Shown: positions 1-12,769 of the stretch, piece after piece
How positions within the stretch are numbered: the first letter of the stretch is position 1
How the letters are laid out: every line of letters begins with the position of its first letter
Origin: Rhynchobatus australiae
Taxonomy: Eukaryota
Assembly: GCA_034780895.1 (NCBI GenBank)
Contig: JAUZTB010000064.1
Location: 114,903,116 to 114,967,115 of the forward strand
Length of the DNA: 64,000 bases
Reading direction: 5' to 3'
Position numbers and translations under genes: made by a program
Notes under the pieces: generated by a model
Told to the model about the DNA's origin: nothing
Database searches by the model: none
The model's input: the letters and a program-made list of their open reading frames with translations, nothing else

Positions 1-155
1 ACACTCCTGATGCAGGGTCTCGACCGTAAATGTGGACATCTCCACCCCCGCCTACCCCCCCCCCAACACCCACACAGATGCTACTCAAACCACTGAGTTC
101 CTCCAGCAGTTTGCTTTTAGCTCCAGATTCCAGCATCTGCAGTTTCCTCTGTCTC
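1..155 (+). mobile_element. Penelope-like element terminal repeat (pseudo-LTR) fragment with degenerate hammerhead motif
   Basis: ctgatgcagggtctcgacc...cacagatgct...gagttcctccagc...ctccagattccagcatctgcag; the same terminus is attached to GIY-YIG remnants elsewhere in the window. Confidence 0.75.
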
Positions 156-511
156 TAGAAAACAATCTATGTAATGGAATGTATAAAAAGAAAAAGTCTA
201 AGAAATTTTACATCTGTTCACAGAAGAAGTGGTTTGTCAGCATGAATTTCTAACTATCCATGATGGCAACAGCCACATTTTCCCTGAATGCTAGTCGCCT
301 GTTAAATGCAATTCTCATAGAAGCATTTCTTCACAATGACTGCATTGTTTATGTTTGAAAATAATATTTGTAAATGATGGTCATTTTCTGACATCTTGGC
401 TGTTGTCATTAAATTTGGTATAGGCTCTGTATTGTTTTGATCAAATAGACCATGAATTTATATTGTGAGGGGATTTGGTGTCAGGTATGAAGAGAGAAGC
501 ATTGAACCAAA

Positions 512-634
512 AACTTCAGATGGTGGAAAAATGAAACAAAAACAGGAAGTGCCAGAAATACTCAATAGGTAAGGCAGCCTCATTGTAGAGAAAACCAGAG
601 TTAAAGTTTGAGACCAGGGGCCCTTCAGCAGAAC
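512..634 (-). mobile_element. Diverged Penelope-like terminal repeat
   Basis: Reverse complement gttctgctgaagggcccc...ttttctctac...gctgccttacctattgagtatttctggc aligns to the other PLE termini. Confidence 0.55.
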
Positions 635-774
635 ATATGGGAGGAGCGTAGGATTGGATATGGTTTAATGCATAACTGCTAACATTAGGTTTCAGGCCTA
701 GTCATTGAACTGCCAAAGTACAGTCCAGAGCTGTCAACTCACAGTGGAACATTGAGTGGCTTCAGTGAAACAAT

Positions 775-1014
775 AATCCTTCTGTACCGTTGTTATCAGA
801 CTCTTGAACGGACTTCTCATTTGCTAAAAGATGAACTCTTAAACTACCAATCTCCCAGTACACCTCATTGTGGCCCTTGCACTTCATTTATCTACCTGCA
901 TTGCACTTTCTCTGTAACTGCAACACTATTCTGCATTTTTTTTTCTTTTTTCTGCCTCAATGTTATTATGTATAGCATTATCTACCTAGATGGCACGCAA
1001 AATAAAAGCTTTTC
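775..1014 (+). mobile_element. 3' end of a Rex1/L2-group LINE
   Basis: gttatcagactcttgaacggac...tgcactttctctgtaactg...gcacgcaaaataaaagcttttc, a typical fish LINE 3' UTR; runs into a gap. Confidence 0.55.
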
Positions 1015-1109
1015 NNNNNNNNNNNNNNNNNNNNNNNNNNNNNNNNNNNNNNNNNNNNNNNNNNNNNNNNNNNNNNNNNNNNNNNNNNNNNNNNNNNNNN
1101 NNNNNNNNT

Positions 1110-1480
1110 ATAAGGTCAGCACAACATTGTGGGCTGAAGGGCCCATAATGTGCTGTACTGTTCCGTGTTCTATGTAAGAAGTTTTCCTCATTTCAGTCCT
1201 AAAGTCCCCTTATATTGAGATTGTGACTTCTAGTTCTAGATTCCTCAGCCAAGGGAAGTATCCTTCCCACGTGATCCTTGTTGAGCCCACTGAGAATTTT
1301 TGACATTTCAGAGGTCACCTCTCCTTCTAAGCTCTAAAGAATAGAGCCCTAGCCTACTCAATCGCTCCTAATATGCCACCTCAGGAAACAGTCCCATGCA
1401 TCATTGCTGTGGTACCTCTAAAGCAACAATTTTTTTTTATATATGGTAACAAAATACATGTCATCTTTGGTGCATAGAAA
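1110..1480 (-). mobile_element. Degenerate CR1 LINE 3' fragments
   Basis: ctagttctagattcc...ggtcacctctccttctaagctctaaagaatagagcc resembles the CR1 end at 53800-54100. A CR1/SINE tail (tgggctgaagggcc...tgtgctgtactgttc) lies at 1110-1175 on the + strand. Confidence 0.5.
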
Positions 1481-2561
1481 CAAGCCTGTTTGACTATAAT
1501 TGATCAGTGTCTCAAGCATGTTTATCCACCTTTTTATCTTAAACAATACTACTACAGCAAAATTATACCCCAACCAGCTGGAACTGGGATATTTGCGTGA
1601 TAAAAATGCCCACATTATTTTTGCACCTGTTTATGCCATGCCTGATTTGCACTTGCTCATATTAATACTAAAATGGGAAATAATTCTGAGCAACATTTAC
1701 ATAGTTGAGCACAAAAAAGCATCTAAAGGAAACCATATTGACCAGTAAACTGTAATGTGCCAAAAGATTGTGTTAAAATGTCCCTGTATGATGAGCCTGT
1801 GAATATCAGGTGAGGCCAGTGGCATTGAAAGACTATTGCAGAGTCCCAAGACATCCTGCAAGGTAGGACAAGACTAACATACACAAAAGTTCAAGCTTTT
1901 CTAACCTCCTACTTTTGAAAAGAATGAAGATCCTGGAGGAAGTGTGTATGTGGGAGAGTGGTTTGGGTTCAGGTGGTATAAGGTGATCAGGGGATGTGGT
2001 AGAGAGAAAATCACACATGTGGGCAATTGGAGCAGAAGACAATACTGAGAAAGGGATATGATGTAATGGATGGAAATGGTCAGGATTGAGTGAGGTGCTG
2101 GTAGCATTGGAGAAACAAGTCAGGGATTGTCACTTAGCTGTGTGCCCTGGGTTAGGAGAGATGATCAGGTGGGACCCTGGGCACATCATCAGGGCTGGGG
2201 CTGAAGGACAATGTAATAATTAAAGAAGAATCTTCCAGAATGTATCTATGGTTTGGGTGTGCATGTAGTGATCAGAAAAGTAGACAGGGCGGGCAGGAGT
2301 TGGATGGCAGTTAGCTGTGGGCTGTGATTAATGACAGATGAAAATTTTGGACTCCCTGCTAATGGCCTGGAATTCTTGGACCTTTTTGCTAATTCTGAAG
2401 CAGGCAACTGCACTCAGGTTTATTGTCTGTTTTAGTGCCCAAGGCCAGCAATGTTTGCAGGATACAGTTTTGCGCAAGTAGAGTTAAATCATGTATCTTT
2501 TGACATCACTTCTTATGTTTGGCAGTCTCAGACTTATGCATTGGAGTAGCAAAATGGAGAC

Positions 2562-2632
2562 ATTATATGGATTCATGAAAATTGAACTATCCAAATGCCT
2601 GAGGGAGCTACCCAGTGGTAAGACATTTCCTA
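2562..2632 (+). repeat. 71-bp direct repeat, copy 1 (copy 2 at 3672-3742)
   Basis: attatatggattcatgaaaattgaactatcca...cccagtggtaagacatttccta occurs twice, 1110 bp apart, with 3 mismatches. Confidence 0.9.
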
Positions 2633-2646
2633 TGGAGACACAGTTG

Positions 2647-2880
2647 GAGACACAAGAGACTGCAAGTGCTGGAATCTGCAGCAACACGCAAAATGCTAGA
2701 GGAACTCAGAGGGTCAGGCAGTGTCTATGGAAGGAAATGGATAGTTGATGTTTCAGCTTGAGACCCTTCATCTAGACTGCAGTCCAGATGAAGAGTCTCG
2801 ACGTGAAATGTCAACTGTCCATTTTCCTCCATAGATGCTACCTGACCTGCTGTGTTCCTCCAGCGTTATGTGTGTTGCTC
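2647..2880. mobile_element. Palindromic (inverted-dimer) PLE-terminus element
   Basis: 2680-2779 is the indel-free reverse complement (with substitutions) of 2780-2879, centred on gactg|cagtc; each arm is a PLE terminal repeat. Confidence 0.85.
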
Positions 2881-3089
2881 AAAGTTATGCACATAATACA
2901 CCCATGATCAGAGTTGAAAATCCAGGTGCACTAGTGTAGATTACACCCAATCATATCTTATCAGCTTAAGTTCCATCATATAGTACATAAAATGTGACAC
3001 TACTTGATAGAGTTTCTCAGCACATCTCTGAAATAGATTCTTAGAGACATGATAAGAAACACTATCAAGTAGTCTCAATTGATGAGTAA

Positions 3090-3243
3090 TTGGTCATTCA
3101 TCTCATTGGTACTGTGAGTTCCTCCACTTGCAAAATATCTACCTTTTTACCCATGTAACAAACATGGTACATCAAAGCAGTTTGTTGTATTTAAGATACT
3201 ATTGGTATTTATGAAAGGTATGAAAGGGTACTACATTAATGAA
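3090..3243 (+). mobile_element. Old Deu-SINE/L2-type 3' tail
   Basis: ggtcattcatctcattgg...tgaaagggtactacattaatgaa is homologous to the minus-strand tail at 19670-19800. Confidence 0.4.
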
Positions 3244-3249
3244 CCAAAG

Positions 3250-3440
3250 AACCATTAACCTTGCACTCCGCCTTGGAGTTTGTCCTTCCAAAGTGTACTA
3301 CCTCACACTTCTCCGGATTGAACTCCATCAGCCACTTCTCAGCCCAGCTCTGCATCCCATCAGTATCCCTCTGCAAGTTTCAACAGTCCTCCACACTATC
3401 CACAACACCACCGACCTTTGTGTCATCTGCAAACTTGCTA
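3250..3440 (-). mobile_element. CR1 LINE RT fragment
   Basis: cctcacacttctccggattgaactccatc...acctttgtgtcatctgcaaactt; the minus strand encodes SKFADDTKVGGVVD, the CR1 RT active-site region. Confidence 0.75.
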
Positions 3441-3671
3441 TGATATTGTCTTTGACCTTATTTATAGTACAATTCATCAAAGATGTGGTCAAAACTTAAT
3501 CAAATCATAGCAAGGGCAATTTNNNNNNNNNNNNNNNNNNNNNNNNNNNNNNNNNNNNNNNNNNNNNNNNNNNNNNNNNNNNNNNNNNNNNNNNNNNNNN
3601 NNNNNNNNNNNNNNNNNNNNNNAGGGCAATTTATAATATATGCTGTTGTGTCACCCACCCATTTAGTTCCT

Positions 3672-3742
3672 ATTATATGGATTCATGAAAATTGAACTAT
3701 CCATATGCCAAAGGGAGCTACCCAGTGGTAAGACATTTCCTA
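3672..3742 (+). repeat. 71-bp direct repeat, copy 2
   Basis: Matches 2562-2632. Confidence 0.9.
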
Positions 3743-6489
3743 AAGCATTGAATCAAACAGTGAGTGATATCTGCAATTTCTCACTAATCCAAACTATGAC
3801 CACATCCAAAAGGAATGATTTGACAATCGGCTGGCTGGCTCATCATCTTTTCATCGCCATAATGTCTGATGTTTTGTCAAAAGAAGACAAAGTTTGTTCA
3901 GTTTTACCATAGTTGAACAACTTTCCCAGTTGTGTAACCTTTCAAAATTTATAAATATTTACCAGGTTCACTTCATATTAAAAATGCAGCAATCAGCTCT
4001 CCTATGGTTTCCAAGTTCACTGTTTGTTTGGCTTTTGGGCTGAACCGATTTAAATTTGACTTGGCTGGGAAAACTTAAGTTGTAAAACACGTAAGATTTA
4101 TAATACATTAAGTGGAATATTTAGAAATAGCATAACTAAATCAATCTGGCAAACTTCTGATCTCAATTTTATTAGCAGTTAGATGAATGCTCGTCTTATG
4201 CATGGTTATAAAAGTGCATTTTATTCCTGCTTGGTGGTCTTTGATGTTGGAACATTTCTTAACCTCATGGGAAAAGCTTTGTGTCAAAGTATTGTCAAGA
4301 TGGAAAGAAGACAGCTGCTGTCCCTGTGATAATCATGAAGAATGGAATTTGCTTTGTTTTGAAGAACTAGAGGAGCTCATTGAAGACTAGGTTTCCATGA
4401 GTTTGACAGATTTGCTGTGATATATGAAAGTAGAAAAACTAGCTAATGCCAATCATCTTTGTTTAGGTTTTGGCTTTGCTGTGTCCATTTATCTTCCAAT
4501 GTCTGTAAATAAAAAGGCGTCAGAAAAAAATGGCTGTTTAGATTCTAAGATTGGGTTTGGCATTGTATGGGAATTTATTAAAACCATTTTTGTAGAACAG
4601 TAAAAATGTTCAAACAGTAAAGAACTTCAAAAGGACACAGAAATTGGAGTAAATAATAAAGGATATTATCTGGCAAATTCCAAGGTAATCCCATGTCAGT
4701 GTATTTAGGTATCGTGAAATTTCAGAGTGAAAGGCTTTACAATATTTTCTGAAGTACTCTATTAGAAGCTGGAATCTTGGATTTACTTTGATATTAGATC
4801 ATTAGTTTAAGTTCAAGTTAAAACTGGGCACAGTACATTAAACTTAGTCAATGCAACATTTGGTTTCAAATTAACATTTAGTCATCCTGCATTTTTAATG
4901 CTGCCTTACAGCTTATGATCCACCCAGTAGCAATTGGCATTTTACAGCAATGTAACTTCTGGGTGATTGGATGACACAATATATTGAATGTTTCCCTTCA
5001 GTGTTTTGGATAAAAAGTGAAATGACTCTCTGTTTTCTAACAGCTGCTGGGATTACAACTGGATGTGAAATGAGCCAGGGCAGGCTGAGTCTAGCTTCCA
5101 ATAGGTGTGAGATCACATCTCTCAATTGTCCTCAAATTCAGCACTAATCTAACAAGCTTTCACAGATTAGAATACTCTAAGAAATTCAGAACATGAGTAG
5201 TCCATTCAGTCCACACAGCTGTCATAAAAATCCATTCTTAGGATCCCACAGAGCACAATTTCATCTCCCTTCTGCCATTTAAGCATGAAGATCACCTGGG
5301 AGAAAAATGTGTAGTTAGAGGGAACAGACTTTTGTCTAAACTGTGGAGTCAAAGGTCATATTCAGGATACTGTGAAGGAGCTAAATATTCCATCTGCTTC
5401 ATGCCATACTTGACCCAGCTTGTCTGCTGCGCTGAAAGTAAAATTGCAACAGTTGCCCTGACAGCTCAAAGTTCAGTCATGGTCTAATCCAGAGCTCTAA
5501 TGACTGGCCCCATTATTGGCCTGAAAGAGGAAGGCAACCACGCCACTTTATTACTCCATATACAAAAATGAGCAGCAAAAGTTGTATCCATCCTCTTCCA
5601 CCAATCTAGTGAAGCTATACTGTGGAAAACTGGGGAAAATCAAGTTAGTGTATTATGATAAGGACTCACCATGCTGGATACTATACCCACTGGAGTTTAC
5701 ACCCATTTACACAGTGATGAGGACATAGATGGAATTTCTCTCCCATTCCACTATTTCATAGCCAAATTGTGTCTGAATGAGAGACTTCTCTGCATTATTA
5801 CTGCCCAAAGCTAATTGACTTCAATTTCACATTGAGGGCAATGACAGAGCACCCAATGAAAATGGGCAAAATCCTCCCTAAAGGATTGGGCACCAACCTT
5901 AATGATGCCACATTTGGTAATCTTAGTGAGAAAGCAGCGAATGTTGACAGTACTGTCAAACCAAACCTATTAGCAATGGAAGAGACCCAGCACAGTGAGA
6001 ATTTCCATTTTGGTTTAGATTTCTGAAGGGCCAGGAAACCCATGAGTACTCCTCTAAGCCTCCACACAAGTAAATCTTGCACTCCCCATTCTGACCAAGA
6101 TTTCTCTCTGAGGGGCTTACTTGTGCTGAGAACCACNNNNNNNNNNTGAAGTTCTCCAACAACTGTTTCTGAGCTGCACAATGCCAGCAGTCAGCAGCAA
6201 CATATTGCCAGCTACCAGCCCTTGGGTTGAGAAGTTGGGAAGCTGTCTGCTGCTGAGGTCAGACCACTCCCTCATCTCTGCATTTCACGGTCTTCTTCCA
6301 GGTAAATCGTTGAGGTTTACATCCTAGTCCTTCCATCATCAATTCCTTGTGCAAAAATTAGATAATTTGCACAATCAGTTTAGCCTCTCGGCTTCAAATT
6401 CCCCATCTACTCAGAAATTTCTGTCATCACCGCCTCTTCCAATAAAGGACATCTGGCTCTTCAACTATCAGAGTGTCTTGTCGATCTGG

Positions 6490-6700
6490 AATGAAGGGCC
6501 ATTCAGCTGGTCTTGCCTATCACCTGAACTCACCTATCACCTGCCTGCATGTGTTCCTCCCCTCCCCCCACTTCTTTATTCTGGCTTCTGCCCTCTTCCT
6601 TTCCAATCCTGATGAAGGGTCTTGGCCCGACACATCAACTGTTTATTTCCCTCCTTGGATGCTGCCTGACCTGTTGAGTTCCTCCAGCACTTTTTGTGTG
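6490..6700 (+). mobile_element. Penelope-like element 3' region with terminal repeat and hammerhead-like motif (6604-6641)
   Basis: C/T-rich cacctatcacc tract, then caatc-ctgatga-agggtcttggccc-gacac-atc-aactg, then ggatgctgcctgacctgttgagttcctccagca. Confidence 0.8.
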
Positions 6701-8061
6701 AAACCCTCAAGTATCATGCAGTATTCAGTGTGACAGCTTATTTCACAACTGTCAGCTTACCTATTAATTTCTATCAATTATCTGTTGTAACATACCCTTC
6801 CCGTCTTGGATTTGAAAGAGTTTTTAAATCAAATGCATTTCAANNNNNNNNNNNNNNNNNNNNNNNNNNNNNNNNNNNNNNNNNNNNNNNNNNNNNNNNN
6901 NNNNNNNNNNNNNNNNNNNNNNNNNNNNNNNNNNNNNNNNNNNCCTTTTTACTATTTTTTGCATTTTTTTATATGTATAACTTATTTAAATCTATTTGAA
7001 TGAAGACCAGAGGCATTTAAATACATCTTTAAAGGCCTCTGATAATGGTGAGCTGTCAAAAGACCAGCAGGGCAGTCTAACCTCTGATGCTCAGTTGCAA
7101 CTCGTGGCCCGCTTCACCTCATGGGATAGCTATATCAACTAGAGCTCCCGGACAACTGGGCCTGAAGGGCTACAAGGAGTAACTTCAAACACAGAAAAAG
7201 GGTGGATGACAAGCGCAGGTGATGGGCCAGGTCAAGCATGATCTGACCCAGTGGTTCTTCAAACTGTCAGCAACATAGACATCTGCTCATTTGGAGTGGA
7301 GAGCAAGTCAGCAACATGTACACAAAATAAAAAAAACATTGTTTCATAAGTTCACATTACTTCAATATGGTCTACTTATTTTGTTGACACAATGCAGTTG
7401 TTTGGAGCACTACCTCTCTACCTTTGGATCCTAAATGAAATTCTATGCAAAAAAAAAATACCATTCTCATTGAGATTGTGTTATGAGTTTTGCTGTTCTG
7501 GCCCAGCTCCTCTATAATTAAGAGATAAGGTCGACAATTCACAGAGAAGTCACCATGAGTGATAAAAAATACTGTGGGGAGCATTCTTCTGAGGCAGTGG
7601 TTTAAGAACAAAAGAAGAAAGGAGAGGGTATAATGGTTTAGGGAGAAAATTATTGAGATAGTTCCCAATAAACACATTTTAGTCAATACCTTGTCCACAT
7701 ATTCCATCTATTTTTTTTAACCAAGCATTTGGTCAGGCCAACTACTATTTCCTTCTCTAGCTTACTAACCATTTTTATTGATTGTGCCCCTCTGAAAGAG
7801 TTTTTAAATCAAATGCATTTCAAACAATACTGTGGTTTTTGATGTTCCATTCTCCATCATTACTAGTTTTTTTTTATAAATTTCAATTTCTTCTTATTTT
7901 TAGTAATGATATACTCCATTATACTGTGGTCTGTAGATGAATTTATTTGTCTGATCTGGATGTAGAAATGACATGGTTTGAGAGTTGTGCAGTATTGAAT
8001 AGATGTTAATATGCCATCATCTCCACCAACAATGTGTTAATGGGTCCATTTTGCTTTTCAG

Positions 8062-8193
8062 GTGGAAATAACTTTGCAGGATATCAATGACAACCCCCCT
8101 CTGTTTCCAAGTGACGCACTGGATCTCATCATTGAAGAAAACATTGGGGATGGATTTAGAATATTACAGCTGTCAGCCACAGATGCGGATGAG
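8062..8193 (+). CDS. FAT4: Protocadherin Fat 4, internal coding exon (132 bp, phase 0-0)
   Basis: Acceptor ttgcttttcAG|GTG and donor GAG|GTAAGT. Translates VEITLQDINDNPPLFPSDALDLIIEENIGDGFRILQLSATDADE with cadherin DxNDN and DxD motifs; closely matches vertebrate FAT4 as I recall it. Confidence 0.93.
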
Positions 8194-8639
8194 GTAAGTC
8201 CTATAACTCCTGATTTAGTATCTGTTTTCCATAAAGTATTATAATTCCATGTTTTTCATCCCATTTCCTCAACTTCCACCTTTTTCAATGAATTTCTCGT
8301 AAGTGTTTGGTGAAGGGTTGAAGACCAGTCTTTGTTTAACGGTGAAAAGAATCTCTTCAACCACACAGATTTCCTTGGTAACTTTACGATGGGTCAGTTT
8401 CAGCTGCCCACAGCCAATTGAAGGCATAGTCAGAGTTAACCGTGTTGCCTAAGAGACCATAGTGGGAGGTTATATGATGCCTTTGTAAGGGAGAATCATA
8501 GAGAGATACTGCACACCTCTCAGGAGACTGAGCAAACAATGGCAAAGTGATTTGCTGGCCATCAGTTTGTGCAATCTAAGCAGGACTCTGCTCAAGATAA
8601 ATTGAAGGGTGAGTGAGGGGAGGAAGAGAGACAAAGGTC

Positions 8640-9560
8640 ATCTCTGCCAACGCTCACTCCCCATCATGTGATACTTTCCCAAGCACGGGATAAAAAAGCT
8701 GCCCTTTTACCTTTTCCCTTCTCACCAAGAAGAGAACCAAACAATCCTTCCAGGTGAAACAGTGATTCACTTGTACTTCTTCCAGTTTTGTGTAATGATG
8801 CTGACAATGTGATCTCCTCTACTTGGGAGAAGCAGATGCAGGTTGGGTGACCACTTTGTGGAACACTTCCATTCCACTCTCACTCCCACTCTGATCCATC
8901 TGTATTTCATCTCTTACACCATTCCATTGAAGTCCAAGGTAGGCTTGAGGCACAGCACCTTTACCTTCAGTGTAGACATGTTGCAGCCCTCAGAATTCAA
9001 CATTGAAATTATTAATTTCAGATAACTAACCTTTTCTGTTTTTTTTAAACAGGGCAGTTCCGATGAAAGTTCATCAGCCTATAACGTTAGCTTGGTTTTT
9101 CACTGTCCTCAGTTACTGCCTGACCTGTTGGGTATTTCCGGTATTCTCTTTTATTTCCAGCAAGTGCAGTGTTCTGTATCTCACACTTCCAGTATTGTTT
9201 ATTTTCTGTCTCTTTTGCCCCCATTTGTTTCCTTTTATTTGGATCTCTTCCAAACAATCATTTGCAATTACTAAGCCTTCATCCACCGTAGAGCCAGCAC
9301 CAATATCATTTGTAACATTTGTATCTTATTCTCCACCATGTCACAGCATTGCCTTTTCTCTCTTCACCCTGCCCCTCCCACTCCAACAGACAACATAAAA
9401 CATACCCCACTTCTCCACAACTTAAACCATACTTGTTTTCTGACTACTTAGTTCCCATGAACGGTTTTTGACCTGAAACAATAATTCAGTTTTTCTCTCC
9501 AGATTTTGGCAGCATTTTCTTTTATTATTTCAGACTTCAAGTAACTAGGTTTTTTTTGCT
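8640..9560 (+). mobile_element. Decayed Penelope-like element: GIY-YIG endonuclease remnant followed by two tandem terminal repeats
   Basis: Broken frames give FQVKQ*FTCTSS..CDLLYLG..LGDHFVEHFHS; terminal repeat copies lie at about 9055-9180 and 9450-9560. Confidence 0.75.
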
Positions 9561-11379
9561 TTTAAAATCATTGTTTATTTGTTTTTCAAACTGCTTCAAT
9601 TTACCTTTTTTGTTTTGTAAATGAGAATACATAACTGGCTAACATTACAGAAATGAGCTCATAATTGTAAATGTAAAACATAAATGGGTGGTCTTTGCAA
9701 TGAAGACCACCCATTTCTTATCCTAAAAGACTTGTGCAGCGAGTGTGGGAATTTAAGTTGCTTTATCATNNNNNNNNNNNNNNNNNNNNNNNNNNNNNNN
9801 NNNNNNNNNNNNNNNNNNNNNNNNNNNNNNNNNNNNNNNNNNNNNNNNNNNNNNNNNNNNNNNNNNNNNAGCGAGTGTGGGAATTTAAGTTGCTTTATCA
9901 TTGAAGAAGATGTTGCTGTGGTGCACATAGTAATGATTCTCTTTCTGCTTCAATAGCAGAAACTTCAGAATATCCCAAGTTTTCTATGAAGGTTAAATGA
10001 TAGGATTGGAACTATTTATTTTGGAAGATGCTGTCAGAGACAAAGCAGACTAAACCAATGTGCCATTTGGTGCAATAATTTGGTATAGCAGATCACATAT
10101 CAAAATTAACAGTATCATACCTGCTTTATATTGATAAAAATGACAGTCATGAGGTGATCATTTCCCTGAAAGATAATAGTTTAGGAATTGATGTGTCTTG
10201 CTCTTCTTTAGGTGTAGCTCGTGCAAAGCCTCCAGTTTTATTCATGGGACTGTTTGTGCTCAATCTGTGTTTGCATTGATTCCACTACTGTTGTCAAGAG
10301 GCCACCCTTTTGCCCTCCTGGGCAGATGTTAGCAAGTGCTGGCATGCTCTATTCAGGATTCTTCTGGAGGCCTCACTGCAATTTTCCTGAAATAAATAAC
10401 AGGGTTTAGATTTAATTTAACCAACTTCCCCTATTTGCTATTCAGTTTGGTCAAATAAATTGGTTCAGTTCTGTGAAAACAATCAAACTTGCAAGTCCAG
10501 AAAGAATGTCAATTGTTAAGGAATATGGCTTTGTTCATACAGTGCTCTATGTGCCTTCTATAGAAGAGAAAGGAGATTTCAGATATCTTGGAAAAGTCAG
10601 AGAGGACAGAAGGCAAATGTTGCCCTCTGTTCTTGAATTCCTTAAAGTCTTGTTTCTCTCCCCTCTTTGGATTGGAGAGCTTGAAAGCCCCAGGCAGCAA
10701 GATAAAAAAGGCCTTATGAGGTAATTGTCCTTACTTTCCAAAGCTGCTTATGCGGCTGGTGTTCATTATGAAACGGATGAAACAACGAAGTCTAAGCTGA
10801 AGCATTAAAGTGTGCAGTAAATGCAACTGCACAGAAATTCCTCATTCAGATTTATCACTGTCTGTACAATGACAAACAAATATTCCAAAAATCTGAGGCA
10901 CCTGTATATACAAGCCCTGGAACGTGATGCCTCTGGTCATAAACACTGAACAAGTATACAGGAAGAGTTACAACTCTTGTGAAAATATTTAGCTGCACAC
11001 ATTATTGGTTAGAAATGGCCCATTGCAGTGGTGCGCCCCTTTTATTAGGAACTGGTGTTAGGAATGTTCAAGAGAGCAGAGATATCTCAGATTATTGTTA
11101 GCATTCGTGAATTGTCCAGTAAGTGGTGTGGTAGTTAAGAAGATGTTATGATGGTATTTATAGTAGATCCTCTTCTGTTATTTCATTACCAGAAAATTTG
11201 CAATATGCCAGATTCATGCTTCCTATTCTACTGTCTTTATAAGTCAGGAATAGAACTTATTTTGAAAAATGTGCTGGAAAATTAAGAAGGTGACCAAACC
11301 AATATGCCATTGCAATTCCAGCAGCATCTGGCAGGAGACATTTAAGGAGATACGAAAGGGGGAAGATGATGGACCAATT

Positions 11380-11670
11380 AGAAATCAAGGATTGGAACCT
11401 TAAAATTAAACAGGAAACAATGTAGGTCAATGAGGATAGGAATATAGATGGTCAGAGGAATGCACAAATATGTGGTCATTAGCCTGACTCAGATTCAAAC
11501 GCCACACAAAATACATTATGGAGAGGAATGGAGTTGGTGACTGGGAAACAGAGTTTGTGGCAGGGATCAAGAACAAAGGCTGATGTCTTTCCTGTATTCA
11601 GTTGAAAGAAATCCCTGCTCATCCAGCTCTGGATGTTGGACAAGCAGTGTGACAATTTAGACAAAGTGAA
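11380..11670 (-). mobile_element. L2-clade LINE RT fragment
   Basis: ORF 11479..11664 LSHCLSNIQSWMSRDFFQLNTGKT matches the L2 RT thumb-region motif. Confidence 0.7.
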
Positions 11671-12499
11671 GGTGAAAAAGAGAATATAAGAATATTTCTT
11701 TATAATCTAGTTTGTATCAAATAAAGCTTATCAGTAACTTTCCATCCTCCCTCTTTCTCTCTGACATAAAACTAGTTTATTAATGTTTATGCAGTCTCTG
11801 TAGATCCAGCCACGTTTATCAAGTTCAGTACTCATTTCTGTCAAAGTACATGATGTCATNNNNCCTTCAAAGGAATTGGGTTAATAATTATATGTACAAT
11901 CTTTGCTAATATTTTTAACAAATGCTGTTTTTTGAGCATTTCAGAATTATTTTTAGTTTATTTCAAACTGCCAATCAAAAATGCTTAATCTTTCACCTAA
12001 CACCTTCAACCCCTTCAATAAACCACACAGTCTCATCTTGTTTTTTAACATCTCTTGAAAACAATCGTAATGGCCAGGCTTAATCTCCCTGTTTTTGACA
12101 GTATACGTTTCTAATCTATTTCCTCCTGAAATAGTGTAGGAGGTTTTCTTCTACATCAAAGATACTGTTGTTATCCTTAAAGATTAATTGGTGTTGATGA
12201 GTGACATGTTGTAAATTGACCTAAATATATCTAAATTATACTGTTGTTTGTTATTACAGCTATCAGCTGCAAGGTAACTAAATCAAATATTTTTGGACAT
12301 TCATCACATTATGCTAGTTTAAAGTATCCAATCCATTGTATTTGAGCTGCTCTTAAATTCTGCTCATTCAAAAGGTATGAAGCTAAATTTAGCCAGTGTT
12401 GTTTCCACCAATCCACTAAAGACTCATTAACCCAGAAGCCACTCCTCTATTGCCCACACTTACATGGAGTGGATCTTCCAGCAGCAAATAGGCCCATCA

Positions 12500-12660
12500 A
12501 TATATCACTTTAAATGTAGCATAAACATCCCAAAGTACTTCACGGAAGCATTATCAATAAAAAAATGCACCAAACCAAAGGAGATATGTGGTCAGATTTT
12601 TCAAAACAGTCAAAGAGGTGGATTTGAAGCATGCATTTATGGCAAAAAGAGAGGCAGTGG
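12500..12660 (-). mobile_element. L2 LINE 3' end fragment
   Basis: aaacatcccaaagtacttcac...gtcaaagaggtggatttgaag resembles the elasmobranch L2 3' end. Confidence 0.45.
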
Positions 12661-12769
12661 AATAGAGTGCATATAAAATATATATATTCGATTCATTAAT
12701 ATTAATAAATGTAAAATCATATGAGCTGCATTATGTATTGGCCAGCTGTTTCAGTACATTTACACTACT

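Noticed and set aside
9738-9901. Exact 32-bp direct repeat flanking a 100-N gap (also 31 bp at 25625-25655/25756-25786, and shorter overlaps at gaps 3523 and 35446)
   Set aside because: Identical sequence on both sides of standard 100-N gaps indicates unmerged contig overlap, not a biological repeat, TSD or CRISPR array.
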